Of a stretch of 64,000 nucleotides of DNA, positions 33,997 through 47,000 are shown piece by piece. Both the position numbers and the translations under genes were made by a program. The notes under the pieces are model-generated. The model saw only the letters and a program-made list of their open reading frames with translations. It had not been told where the DNA came from and searched no databases. The stretch is from Lytechinus pictus (lineage: Eukaryota): contig NC_087250.1 in assembly GCF_037042905.1 (NCBI RefSeq), forward strand, positions 21,082,001-21,146,000, given 5' to 3'. The stretch's first letter is position 1; each line of letters opens with the position of its first letter.

Positions 33997-36900
33997 ACTA
34001 CTAAAATTGAGCTCCGACCTAGCTTCTTATATAAGTTTGCATACTATGAAGTACAAAAACGCACAATTTAATGGTGGTGGTAACTAATAATAATTATATT
34101 GCACCTCGCTATATGACGGGTCAGACTAGTCTAACGCCGAGGACATTGATGCGGGAATTAAGCAACTAACTCGGAAACGACCTGGCGCAGATAATCTACC
34201 AGATTGAAGAGCGCCAACTTAACTCCAACACCAACCAACCTTTGCTCATTCTTCAGAGTACGACAAGAACACACTTGTCGAAACGTCGAGATTGGGTGGT
34301 CCTTTTCAGGACCAACATATGCCCAAGAAAGATACATGGTGTACCGTGAAACCTACTACACTATTCTTCTTCGCCATGGAAACCTTCAGAAGTTATAACA
34401 TAAAATAGGGTTTGAAAATATTGTTGACTCAAGATAAGTGGGCGTTATACTCGGCAAACAAAATGACAAAACAAAATAATATGCGATTATGTCGTGGCTT
34501 TATTCAATAGAGATGAACACTTTTCCGAATCTGGTGTCACAATCACATAAGTATAAAACATGGATATGAATACCTCTGATTAGAGACTTACATTCATGTA
34601 TGTCTGGAACCAACCGATAGCCTTGGTTTAGCTCCCCGAAGGGGGGTTAAACCCCCGGCTAGAAGGCCCCCCTCCCAGAAAATTCAACGTTAAATTTCAC
34701 GGCTGCTTTCCCACTGGTTCTCTGCTAGCCGGACAGGAATACCAGCACAGCTATTAACTACATGTATGAGCTATCGGCAAATCGGTGGATTACAGATGGC
34801 ATACTTATATCATATAATATACATATATATACCAGCCTTCCCGCATGAGAACTTGGGTGAGGCCAAAATTTCACGAAAAATATAAATGTATACAGAATAC
34901 CAGCCTCCCCGCCTATGAGATCAGGTGAGGCCTAAACTGAAAGTTCGAGCGTGACACCCTTACATTCAAATTACAATTGCGTTCCTAAAGTACTATGTAA
35001 AGTTATAAATAAATCCCCTTCGTCTAGGTACCGAATGAGGACCCGATTCAATATGAAATATTAATCAACGTACATGGCATCAAAGTGGAAAATCTAATAA
35101 CTAGAGGCTAAAATATCATTCACTGCTTTACACACCTTGCAAAAGTGACCATTGTGGATTAAAGAACATATGCCATGCCAATAATATGAGAACTCAATTC
35201 ATGTGAATCACCAAAATATAACGAACACCCAGTCCCAAAAACGGGTAAGGGCGAAAACCCACCTGACCACAGACCAAAATAGATCAGAAGGATAAAATTC
35301 CCTTACGGCCCACATTTCTAAATACACGACGATCTTTATATTGTTTTGATGTGCGACCAGGCAAACTGCCCCCGGATTTGAATTCGTGTTTCGTTATATA
35401 AATCAACATTAAATTCATATAAGTAAAATAATTCAAATGTCCATATATTAAATAACAATTCCACATCCGTTATTCCATTCATAACGAGCTATACACTCCG
35501 ATAAAACACAAATCAACTCTGAATGATACCTAGAGTATCTTCATTCTCGACCTTCCCCATTGCATGGGTTTAAACAACATTCCAACATTGTTTGACCCAA
35601 ACGTAACATTTACATGGATGGTTGTTGGGGAGGAGGTGGGAAAATTACAAGCGAATATTTTGGACGTTCATCTCCGTTGAAAGCCAAGACTAAATGAAGG
35701 ATTTTTCGCGCCTTCACGATCACCTAGGCGCGCGCGCCAAAATATGGGCGCTCCTTGCGCCCAGTAAAAATTATTGTCATTGTGCGCATAAACAATACCG
35801 TCTGGCGCGCCATTGTGACGTATCACCTCGTCAACCGCGCCATTCCAAATTACAAACACCTTCATGACCTGGCTTTGTTCGCCGACCTATAAATCATTTT
35901 AAATCGCCGAGTCGTCTTTAAAATACATTATAGTTATTTGTGTTAAACAAGGGAAAAGTTGAACAAAATTGAAAAACCTGCCAAAATCCATACAAAAATG
36001 AATCACCCATTCTGAAAAAATTAGAATATATTTGTTTCTACCGAGACTGGTTGCATATACATGTAAACTATAGGATGTTAGGGGTGTTTACATGAGTATG
36101 TATACGATGCGCGTCAATAAATCTGTTACATTTTTTTGAAAAGCTGTCGAAAAGTCGGTTTTTATGATGAGGGAGATGTGTAATACAGAACGTGTTATAA
36201 TTAACTTTATCAGATGACACTAAAAAGAGCCAATTTTTTTCAGGTACTCCAGATCATCGACCCTTTATTGCCAAAGATGTAAAAAAAAAAAACGGCTACC
36301 GCTAAAAGGGAAAATCACAGAGTAGAAGCAATTGCCTGAATTGGTGCTCCAATATGTTGCTTGTTCATGTCGTTGCATGCATGGCAAATTGATATTACTG
36401 TACGGATCATGTATCACAGGCATTGATTTTATGTCAAGTCATTGACAAGGTAGGGCAAGAGGATCACCTTTTTATACAAGGATGACATGATAATACATTT
36501 TGCTTAAAACATACTCCAATGGCGTAGGCTGGTTTGAGCATGCTGGGGGATGTACTGCATATCCTGGAGTTGTGGAGCTAAAGTGATATGGGGAGTGCAC
36601 ATCTTGGGGAGTTTGGAAAATCAGCTGTTGAAACCATTGAAAGGGATACAAATTTCGCTTCGCTTCCCAGAGTCGGAACTCCTCTGCCATGTCTGCCTCA
36701 GCGGGAGGGTGCACGTGCACCTAAGCCTACGCCCTTGCACACACTAAGAACAAGTTAGGCATCTTAAATCTAGTCAGTCATAAACATTTCTGAATCAATT
36801 ATTTCTCATCTGAATAGTTGTCGATGGGGGCGCTGCTCCCTCCCAGCCCCTCCCCGATTTTGCTCAGGCACTTACATTAAAATAGTATTATTAATACAAT

Positions 36901-37487
36901 TTCTAATTACCATCAGGGCTTACCACACAGTCAAGCAAAAACTTAAAGTGACAACACCTACAAAGGGTAACTTAATATCATCTTTTGACCGACATATATT
37001 TTGTCATAAACTCTATTAATTTTTTTTTGCTAAAACGTTGCAGAAATCAATGCATGAAACAAAATAAATTTCTACTAAAAATTGATATTTAGTTGCTGTC
37101 CTACATGTATGCATTTTCTCAGTGTCACAATTGACGAGACTTGTCATTAAATCTATATTCATTGCCAGTATTTCCGTTTCATGCCCAGTGAGATCTTCAC
37201 GGTAAATGAATATCTTTAGCAAAGCGAGGAACAGATATCATAACCAATACTTTATGATATTTCGCAAACAATCTAAAGATAACTTTGAATGAATGAACAA
37301 TATATATAATGACTGTGAGTCAAAAAATTGACTGTTGCTTTCATAGTTTCACTTTCTTTCATTTTTGCCCGAATCAATATAACAAATCATTGGATTTATT
37401 GGAAAAGGTAGTGCATCCAACATTTTAAGAGATGCAAAATAATTGTGAAATCGTTGAAGAGGTTTTAGGTACACCATGTTGTGATAT

Positions 37488-37530
37488 TGTCTCCGACGAA
37501 GATTCTGCTAGGATCGAAAGCTTAGGCCCC
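37488..37530 (+). ncRNA. Minimal hammerhead-ribozyme-like motif (Penelope-type)
   Basis: ccgacga-a-gattct-gct-aggatc-gaaa-gctta: CYGANGA core, stem II, GAAA and a palindromic stem III (aagctt). Confidence 0.5.
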
Positions 37531-37734
37531 TTTTTGACTTTCTATATAATTTCAAAATACATGAAATAAAAAATGAAACATCCCTGAACATCTCAAACGA
37601 AGATCGGGAACTGAAACAAATTAAAGCCTTCCTACCTGTTTCACGGTGTACTGGAATGGCCACAAGAATGTTCAGTTCTTCTTTATATGGAGGTTGTTCA
37701 CCTATTGAAATTATGGGAAAACCAAGGCTATAGT

Positions 37735-38220
37735 AATTAGAAATATAATAATAAGAATATTAAATTTGAACATATCACCCCTATTCTCTACTCCCTCCAT
37801 TGGCTTCAGGTTCATAATAGAATTATTTTCAAGCTCCTTCTCCTTGTCTATAAAATCATCCATGGTCTCGCCCCATCCTACCTTCAAAATCTCATCTCTC
37901 TCTGTCCCTCATCCTCTGCAACTCAACGTCTCCGATCTTCTTCTACTGCTCACCTTCGACTATCTCTAGGACCCCGCACTTTTACCCGTTATGGCGATCG
38001 TGCTTTTTCTGCTCTTGCCCCTAAACTCTGGAACAATCTCTCCATCTCCATCCGTAATGCATCCACTGTCGAATCTTTCAAAACACTCCTCAAATCTTAC
38101 CTCATTAAGCAGTCCTCTTAGTTCCATATCCTGTTCTCACTTTTTTTTCTTCTTTCCAATGCGCTTAGAAACTGTTGTATTAAGCGCTATATAAATGTTA
38201 ATTATTATTATTATTATTAA
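37735..38220 (+). mobile_element. L2-clade LINE 3' fragment
   Basis: Encodes EHITPILYSLHWL...IIFKLLLLVYK..HGLAPSYL...YGDRAFSALAPKLWNNLP. Tail gcgcttagaa...aagcgctatataaatg(ATT)n. Confidence 0.85.
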
Positions 38221-38558
38221 ATCTGTAATATATATCTCACACAGTGGATGCATTATCATACATTTTTATTGCGCTTTCATGCTTCCTTGTTTTCAATCTC
38301 ATGAATCGGCAAAAAATAGTAAGTAATTATATATCTGTGCGTGAAATAAAATATACGGATTTAAAACGTTTGAAATGGGAACCATTGCTTACAACAAAAT
38401 GAAAAAAAGGAAGGAATGAATAAACGAACGAAAAATAAACTAAAAATGAACATTTGGCAAGACGGGTTAACTCGACCAGCTGTAATTGTGATAGTGGCTC
38501 CATTGTCATTTAAGATAGACCAAAAGGGTTATGGATCATTTAAAAGAGATTAATAATT

Positions 38559-39219
38559 GAAGAGTTTGGTTGCAAAAGGGGTTAGGTGCACTTTGGACCA
38601 TTCTGTAAAAACGTGTTTTTATTCTCACTATTGCAATATTCTTATGAGAAACTAAACTGGGTATAAAAGAAATCTACCTGTCATCATTTTTTTTCTATAT
38701 ATAAAAAAATACATCATTGTGGACCTTACCCCTGTTGCAAGCAAATTGAAATTAATCCAATCCCTTTTGACTAAAATGGTATCATCAGGCCGACTAATAT
38801 GTAGAGGTTTTGAGAGAGAAACAATAACATTTATGAAAAATGGACCTAACCCCTTTTGACAAATGAGCTCTTCAGAAGAGTTTGGTTGCAAACGGGGTTA
38901 TGTCCACTCCAAGATATTAGTTTTAATTCTCCCATATTGCAATATTCTTATGCGAAACTAAATTTCAAGATACCCTACCATGAGAACATAAACTTGGGTT
39001 TTAAAGAAATCTACCTGTCTTCATATTTAAAAATATTATTTTAAAAAAAAATTATGTGTGGACCTAATCCCTTTTGCAACAAAACTTAAATGGGCAACCC
39101 CTTTAAAAAAGTGATTTTTCTTTGCCAATTTAGCTCACTTTTTAATTGGAATTTCAACTTTTCTTTGGTATCATCTTGTAGAGCTAGTAAAAATATTTAC
39201 TTTTTCAAGTGAGCTCTTC
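38559..39219 (+). mobile_element. Sola1-like non-autonomous element (dimer, internally deleted copy)
   Basis: GAAGAG...CTCTTC termini, AATT TSD. Internal junction ctcttc-a-gaagag near 38870. Homologous to 62521-63334. Confidence 0.7.
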
Positions 39220-40340
39220 AATTATTGACTATAGCAATATCAACGAATTCCGTTTTTTTTTAATAATAATTGTCAATTATGAATAATTTCCATACAGGGA
39301 TACATCTTAAAAAAACATGTATTATCGATTGTGATAATGATAATATCACGAGGAGAAAAAAATAAGCCTGGTATTATAATAAAGATAGTGGTTTCACATT
39401 GCTTACTCTTGAAAAAGATACCTAGGATGAACTTGGCCAGTTAATATTATATCATTAAAATATCATCCAACTGAAGCTATTGATCGAAAGGCGATTGACC
39501 ACATACCAGTTTCCCAGCCTCGCCTGATCGGTGTATAATGTTCTTACGCTTTGTATGTTCTATTCGCCATGTTACGAAGCTAAAATATTTGTGGCCGTCT
39601 GTGTTGAACTAAGTATATCGGCGCTAAAAACAGTTTACCGTCGTAAAGTTATAGATTTCTACAAATTAAGAATTTCGATTTCGATAAAGTTTTTTCTTTC
39701 TTTATTTTGAAATCAGGGTTAACAGGGTTAGCACTTTTGTCGTTTTTTCTATAGTGAAATTAAATGATTTTGAACACACTTTCAACATATTTTTTAAAAA
39801 TAGTCAATGAAAAAAGTTCCCAAAATCTCTGCGTACATACATGCCCCTTTGCACCCTCTCAAAGTTAGAAAATAACGATTAAAAAAAGCTCTTTTTTCTG
39901 AAAAAAAAATAACTTCCATATAAACTGACAACGTTCGGAGGGAAGGTCGGAGTAGCGCCCGTCTTGACATAGTTACTCCTACCTTCCTCCGACCAAGATA
40001 ATCATGAAAACTAGTTGGTCGGAGGAAACCCGGGGTAATTCTGTCTTGGTCGGAGGAGGGTCGGATAAATTTCCTGCAACCTTACTCTGACCGAAACAGC
40101 CTGTGTCTAAACGAGGCTGATTTCAGCAGACAAAACAAGGATACACTATGCATAGACAAATTCGCAAGCTATCAAGTATACCAAATGGACAACCAAACTG
40201 GTTAAATCAAAATGTTATTAGAAAATCAAAACAATTGATCGACTAACTGTAAACCGATTTGATATAAACCATTATTTGTTGATATAAATAAATTTAAAGT
40301 AGATCACATAAGTAATGTTGTGGTTTTAGATATGTTACTG

Positions 40341-40561
40341 CACAGTAAAAACGCTGTTAAAGATTTTATACAACGCTGTTTACTATATGAACCTTAAAGT
40401 ATTTGGTTAACCGTTTAAACAATCATGTTTGATTTATTGAAGATTAGATATTGAAAATTAAAACTTTGTTGCTTAAGATTTAAACACTTGTTCAAACTGT
40501 TTAAACAATTAATGTTAGGTTCATATAGTAAACAGCGTTGTATAATTTTTTTTGCACTGTG
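40341..40561. mobile_element. EnSpm/CACTA-like palindromic MITE
   Basis: cacagt...actgtg termini, 2-bp TG duplication, inverted arms (caacgctgtttactatatgaacc / ggttcatatagtaaacagcgttg). Confidence 0.65.
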
Positions 40562-42780
40562 TGTATGAACATAATATTTATCTCGTATCGTTGTATGGCC
40601 CGAATTTAGATAATCCATTATTTTTTTCAGAGATCCAACAAACCATAATAGACTTTGATAATCCACATACGGTAATTTGTGGAGACTGGAATTTAGTTCA
40701 AGAGTTTACCTTTGATACCTATAACTACTTGCACGTAAATAACCCACGAGCGAAACAGCAAGTGGACAATATGAAAACTGATTTGGATATGCGACCCTTG
40801 GAGAGTTAGATTCCCAGATAAAAGATATTATACATGGCGACAATCCAACTCCTTTAAGCAGAGTAGATTAGATTTCTTTTAGATTTCTTCGAAACTCCTT
40901 TCACTTGTTCAGAAAGTTGGCATTTTCTCAGGTTATCGCACAGATAATTCTTTAGTTTGTCCAAGTCTCAACTTAAATAAGATAAAAAGAGGTCCTGGTT
41001 TTCGGAAATTCAGCAATTCATTATTGAAAAGTGATGACTTTGTTTCTAATATAAAAAAATAATAAAAGATACGATTGTGTTTTATGCGAGAGACGAATTA
41101 GAATTTGATGAAAATGATCGTTTAGTAGGTAATTGTGAATTCAATATAAATGATCAGTTATTTTTCGAAACTTTAATGATGATAATATCACATGCCTCCT
41201 TTGTAAAAAATAAAATATAAACAGAGAAAAAGACTTAGAAAAGAAAATTGAAGAGCTGGAAAGAAAACTGGTGATTACCGACGATAATATATCTATTTTG
41301 GATCAAATTGATAAAGCAAAATCAGAACTTGAAATATTCCGTTTAAAAACTAATGAAGGAATTGCGATTCGATCTCGGATTAAGTAAATGGAGTTTGGTG
41401 AAAAGCCTTCTAAATTCTTTTTAAATTTAGAAAAACAAAATGACATTAATAAAGAAATACGTCTGTTATCCACTAAAAATGGTGATAATTTAGAAATGCA
41501 AAGTGACATAGTCAATGAAATATTTAATTTTTACTCAATTCTTTATGCGGAAAAAGAAACCAACGTAAGCAACTTGGAATTATTATTAAATTTTCCTAGT
41601 ATTCCTAAGTTGTCCCCTCAAATGTCGGCCTTATTTGAGGGTCGTTTAAATGTGATGAGGTTCTTTCCGTTTGAAAGCTCATGAAAAATAGTAATTCGCC
41701 CGGACAGGATGGTTTTACCGTAGAATTTTATCGTCATTTTTTTGTAAAATCATTCAATTATGCGGGACATTATTCAGGACATATGTCTAATTCACAAAAA
41801 ATGGGAATAATTGCTTTAATTCCGAAAGGAAACAAACCCAGACACTTGTTAAAAAAATGGCGACCTATCTCCCTATTAAATGTTGTCTATAAAATAGCTT
41901 CCAGTTGTATTAGCAAACAGACTCAAAGGTGATCTGTCTTTTCTAATACATCAAAACCAAACTGGTTTTTTGAATGGTCGCTTCATAGTTGAAAACATTC
42001 GTTTATTGTATGACACATTACTTTACAGTGAATTACATGGTAAAGTTGGCATGCTTCTGGTTGTTGATTTTGAAAAAAAAATCGATTCTGTATCACATAA
42101 TTTTCTGTTCAATGTCCTGGATTTTTTGCTTCGGTCCATCCATTAAAAGATGGATACAATTATTTTAAGCAGACGCAACCTTCTTGTGTGTTAGTTAACG
42201 AACATTGTACAAATTGGTTTAATATTGGAAGAGGGTGTCGTCAAGGAGATCCCTTATCTTCCTATCTTTTTTGTTAGTCAGTGAGATTCTTGGTATTTTG
42301 ATTCGACACTCAGACAAACTAGAGGATTTAAAGTGTGCCCTTGATCATGTTGATACACTTGATGAATTTGAAAAATATCCAACCTTAAAATTAACATAAC
42401 TAAAACCCAGGTGATATGGATTGGGAAGAATAGAACTTTCAAATGAGAGCTTTTACATGAGTACAAACTGAACTGGATTTCGGAAGAATATTTTAGGTAC
42501 CTAGGTATAGACTTTTCAGTTGAACTATCAAAAATGGTTGATTACAATTATCAAGAAAAGTTTCAAGAAATAAAACGTCCGATGGCGGTATGGCGAAAAA
42601 GATATATGACTCCCTTAGGGAGGGTAACCATTGTTAAATCTATATTTATACCGAAATTGAATTACTTGTTTTTATCTTTTCCAGAACCAAAATTAGAAAT
42701 TATGAATGATATTCATCGATGTTTTACGACTTTATATGGGAAGGCAAACCTGATAAAATAAGTAGAAAACAAATGTGTTG
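40562..42780 (+). pseudogene. Decayed L1/Tx1-clade ORF2 (endonuclease and RT)
   Basis: YGPN...ICGDWNLV, GEKPSKFFLNLEK, SPGQDGFTVEFY, WRPISLLNVVYKI, VDFEK, GCRQGDPLS, FRYLG, TPLGRVTIVKS. Many stops and frameshifts. Confidence 0.88.
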
Positions 42781-43375
42781 AGGGTCATTCTAAAAAAAAC
42801 CGTTACAATTCACAAAAAACGTGTCCCGACTATCTTATGGCCGCCAGCTTCACACCCTGAACATTTTCTACAAAAAACATTATCAAGACAATGACATTAA
42901 TAGATTAGCTCCACAAAGCATTTGCGACCAGTGACTAGTAAAACACTAATTTTGTTACAAAAGCCTTTTATTTTTGCATTTAGTTAGAATTGACACTGTC
43001 TCCGGTCAGTTTCAGATTTGACTATCATTCTCTTTCCTAAGTAGTCTGTATTTCTTACTTACATTAATGTCTGGTGAGGGCAGCTTGGTGTAACTGTCTG
43101 ACATATTGCGCTTATCCCATTATTTGATGATCACTTTGTGATTATTTTCACTGTTAACTTTGTGCCGAATTCATTTTAACCTCCGTAACGAATTCTTCCA
43201 TGTGTTTTTTCTCCCTTTCAAACTGACCGATATTATATGATAATGGGTCTGCACGTAGAGCGATATTCATTAATTAAAAATTAACAGGGAATTATCATAT
43301 GTGTTTCCTGTATTACACGTAAATGAAGGACTATTCTAAAAAAATGAAATGTATCAGTGACTAAAGAGCTTCAAC

Positions 43376-43803
43376 ATAATAATAATAATACTAATGGATA
43401 TTTAGAGGCGCTAAAAACAAAAAAGTACCATAGCGCGTACAATGTATGAATAATTTAACATGAATAATAATTAAATAACTACAATATTCATGATAAAAAG
43501 GGAAATTAATTATTGAGGAAAAAGGTATGTCTTAAGGGAAGATTTGAAGCCAAGAACACTGGAAGCATTTCTTATAGAAAGAGGGATAGCATTCCAAGTC
43601 TTGGCAGCTGCTACAGCAAAACGTTTTTCGGCAGAGGAGAGTTTTGACAAGGGAATGCAAAGTCTGCATGTGTCAGTGATTGAACGAAGATTACGAGAGG
43701 GTGTGTATAATTTGATGGTATTATTAAGATATTCAGGTGCCAATTGATTTAGAGTTTTGTATACATATAAACATACTTTAAACTGAATACATCCGTAACG
43801 CAC
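43376..43803 (-). mobile_element. L2-clade LINE 3' fragment
   Basis: IQFKVCLYVYKTLNQLAPEYL...RNLRS...RFAVAAAKTWNAIPLSIR...FKSSLKTYLF, with an (ATT)n tail. Confidence 0.85.
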
Positions 43804-44049
43804 CTTAAAAAAATATGCACCTTGGCACTTCTGTTAAGGATTCAGTATTATATAGGATAAGAAGCACATTTCATAATAAATACAGTTTTCAAAGGTAAGG
43901 CTTCTAAATAAGGACTGCGTTGGGCCATAAAGCATAAAAACATTAACTTCCGTAACATTTTTCTTGAAAATGCTACAAATTTGTGCTTTACTGAATCACT
44001 CCGGATCATACAGATATAAATCATATAAGATACCCTCCACCTAGGTGAG

Positions 44050-47000
44050 TTTTACATGACATGTGACACTGAAATTTGGTATGATGGGGTATTTTTAGGC
44101 ACTGATATCAAATATTGCCAGCCCCCAGCAATTTGACCATTTGGTCGGCGGCAAAATGGCCGCCATCTTGTAATCCAAGATGGCCGCCATGATAATTTAT
44201 AATATTGCAATCATTTTCTCGAGTTTTATATGAACTGCGGTATTGAAATTTGGCATATAGGCTTAATTTTGGACGATGAGTTCATATATTACCGGCCTCA
44301 AGCGATTTGACCATCGGGTTAGCCGCCATTTGAAATCCAAGATGGCCGCCATGAAAAATCATTGAACTCATTTTCTTAAATGTACATAATATGTGCCACT
44401 GAAATTTGTAGTATATCGGTATCTGGGTGAGTTCATAAAAAAATTGCTGGCTCCAAGCCATCTGACAATTGGTCGGCGGAAAAATGGCCGTCATCTTGAA
44501 TTCAAAGCTGGCTGCCATATAAATATTGCAATTATTTCGTTGAGTTTTATATGATCTGCGGTATATTGCACTTTGACATTAGAAGTAGTGTGGGGAGCTT
44601 ATTTCAAATATTGCTGGCCCTCAGCGATCTGATCCCCTGAGTCAGGGTTATACGGGTCAAAGATATTCATTCGAGCCAACCCATTTAATATTCAATTTGT
44701 AATTTTGATATTGCTGATTGACAAGAATGGATGAATATGATTGATAATCTAACACTGATTCTAGGGAGGGTAAGTTTACTGAACTTCCTTTTTTCAAATT
44801 GGGAAGATATATCACCACTTTGGAGCTATTTTTATACTGGCGGAAGAAGTATTGCCATTTTACTGTCTCAAGTGATGAATTTGATCCTGTCAGGTGTAGT
44901 CTTCATAAATGCCGATTTATTTTTAAAATGAGCTGGTCGAGGTACCCTTTCTAGTCAGATATGGAATGTCAGACATGTATCCTATCCACTGGACAGGTAG
45001 TAAACATTCAATTCTCGAATTTCATCCTTATTTTTTGTTAGAGCGCCTCTTTAACTCACGAGTCTATGGGAAATGTTTTAGGCCCGTGATACCTCAGATG
45101 CAAAATGGCAGCCATCTTGAAATCCAAGATGGCTGCCATAAAACATCATTAAAATAATTTTCTTGAGTTTTAAATAATTTGAGGCACTGCATTTTAGACA
45201 TATAGGCAGGTTTTGGCCTGCTGGTTTTAGAATATTGCTGCCCCAGTGATTGATCCACCGGGTCAGCTGAAAATGCACGCCACTTTGAAATCTAAGATGG
45301 CTACTACGAATATCTTTCAAAGTGTTTTCCTGAATTATACATTACCTGTGACACTGTAAATTAGTACTACGAAGCAAAAATTTGTATTGTATGTTAATTT
45401 CAAATATGGATAGATAATGAACATATAACACATAACCCACTTTATCTGCCATTTTAAATCACACAACATAATGGGGCAGCTGCCCGTGCAGTATATCACG
45501 TCACAAATCAAAAACTTAAAATTCTAATTTCTTTGATGGATTTACCAATATCTTTTTTATATCATATTTTCTTGCGTTTTTACAACAAACTTATCTCCCG
45601 GGTGAACTTCCCTTTTAAGGGATAGAGCAACGTCCGATGTGGCGCCGCTAAGTTGCTGCCGGGCTGACGATCTACAGGGTATGGGTATTCGGAGCATTTC
45701 TGTTACTGAATTATATTTTGAACAATAAAATATGTATTATTATCATCCATCATTAATATTAATTTCATCATCATCATCATCATCATACCACTATATAACC
45801 ATCAGTACTTCAAGTCTGGAGCAGTTTTCTTCGTGTCGATTTGTAATAAAATATCGCAATTATTGGAGCAATATTGTGAAACCAGCAGGCCAAAAACCTG
45901 CCTGTATATCTAAAATGCAGCGCCTCAAATTATTTAAAACCAAGAAAATTATTTTAATGAATTTTCATGACAGTCGATCCTCTCTAGATTTCAAGATCGA
46001 TGGTGGCCATTTTGCGGCATATCTATTGGACAGATTACTGGGGGCAATTTCAATATCCTTAGATGCCAAATTTTAAAATAATACGTTACGTGATACTAGA
46101 TAAAGTGATTTTTTTTTCAATGATTTTTTTTTCATTGCAGCCATCTTGGATTTCAAGATGGCTGACATTTTGCTTCTGACTCAGGGGATCAGATCGCTGA
46201 GGGCCAGCAATATTTGAAATAAGCACCCGGGCCCCGCACTCCGTCGATATGTCAAAGTGCAATACTGCAGATCATATAAAACTCAAAGAAATAATTTAAA
46301 GCCTCTCTACAGAAATTGATTGTTCCGGATGGTTATTATATTCAACCAAAGCCACTTCAAATGTGTAACTGCAGAAGAAGCTAGCTGGTTTGTGTATTTA
46401 TGGTGCTTCATACTTGTGTAACATCTATATCAGCAATGAAGGGTGCCAAAGTATTATAATCCTTACAACGGACAAAGATGTGGTTGTGTTGGATTTGTTT
46501 TAAGTGCCAATACAATGGGTTTTACTCACCATTGTAATGTTGTACATCATTCAAACCTGGTAACCATATTGGAATTCAAAATAGCATCTATTTATGTATT
46601 TTTCATTGATCAAGGATGCAAAGATCAAATTATCTTTCATGGCGGTCATCTTGTATTTCAAAATGGCAACCAAACAGGGGTCTGACAATAATCAGTGCCT
46701 AGATATATGCCTATATGACAACTTTCAGGGCCAGAGTTCATATAAAACTCAAGACAATTATTATTGTTTTTAATTCATGGCGATCATTTTGCCAAAACCC
46801 AGTGGTTACATTGCTGGTGGCCGGCAAAAATCAGTGCCACGTACTTCTGTATGCCAAATTTTGGTGTCATATATAATGTAAAATCAAAGAAAATTATTTT
46901 GATACGGTTTTTTATGGCAGCCATCTTGCCGCTGAACTGATGATCAGATCACTTGTGGCTGGCAATATTTGAAATCAGCACCCCAAAATAGATACTCTAT

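Larger units (their letters stand above)
28418..34239 (+). mobile_element. Near full-length I-group (Nimb-like) LINE, 5.8 kb, mildly decayed
   Basis: ORF1 has three CCHC knuckles; ORF2 has APE-RT-RNase H-CCHC. 3' tail (CCAA)n; 7-bp TSD ctttgct at 28411-17 and 34240-46. Confidence 0.9.
28282..34396 (+). mobile_element. Penelope-like terminal-repeat fragment (about 290 bp; 28282-28417 plus 34247-34396), split by the LINE
   Basis: 11-bp direct repeat aacataaaata at 28271-81 and 34397-407. Contains CCAAT and TATA (agtatataagg), and a hairpin gacaag-aacaca-cttgtc followed by gaaacgtc. Confidence 0.55.

Noticed and set aside
36472..36720. 82-aa minus-strand ORF of higher GC content
   Set aside because: No recognisable motif or supported splice context; could be a transposon or exon remnant but cannot be supported.
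34580..39560. Candidate non-coding first exons or promoter of the NLR (minus-strand donors near 34586 and 39500)
   Set aside because: GTAAGT/GTATGT matches alone are not sufficient; transcript data are needed.
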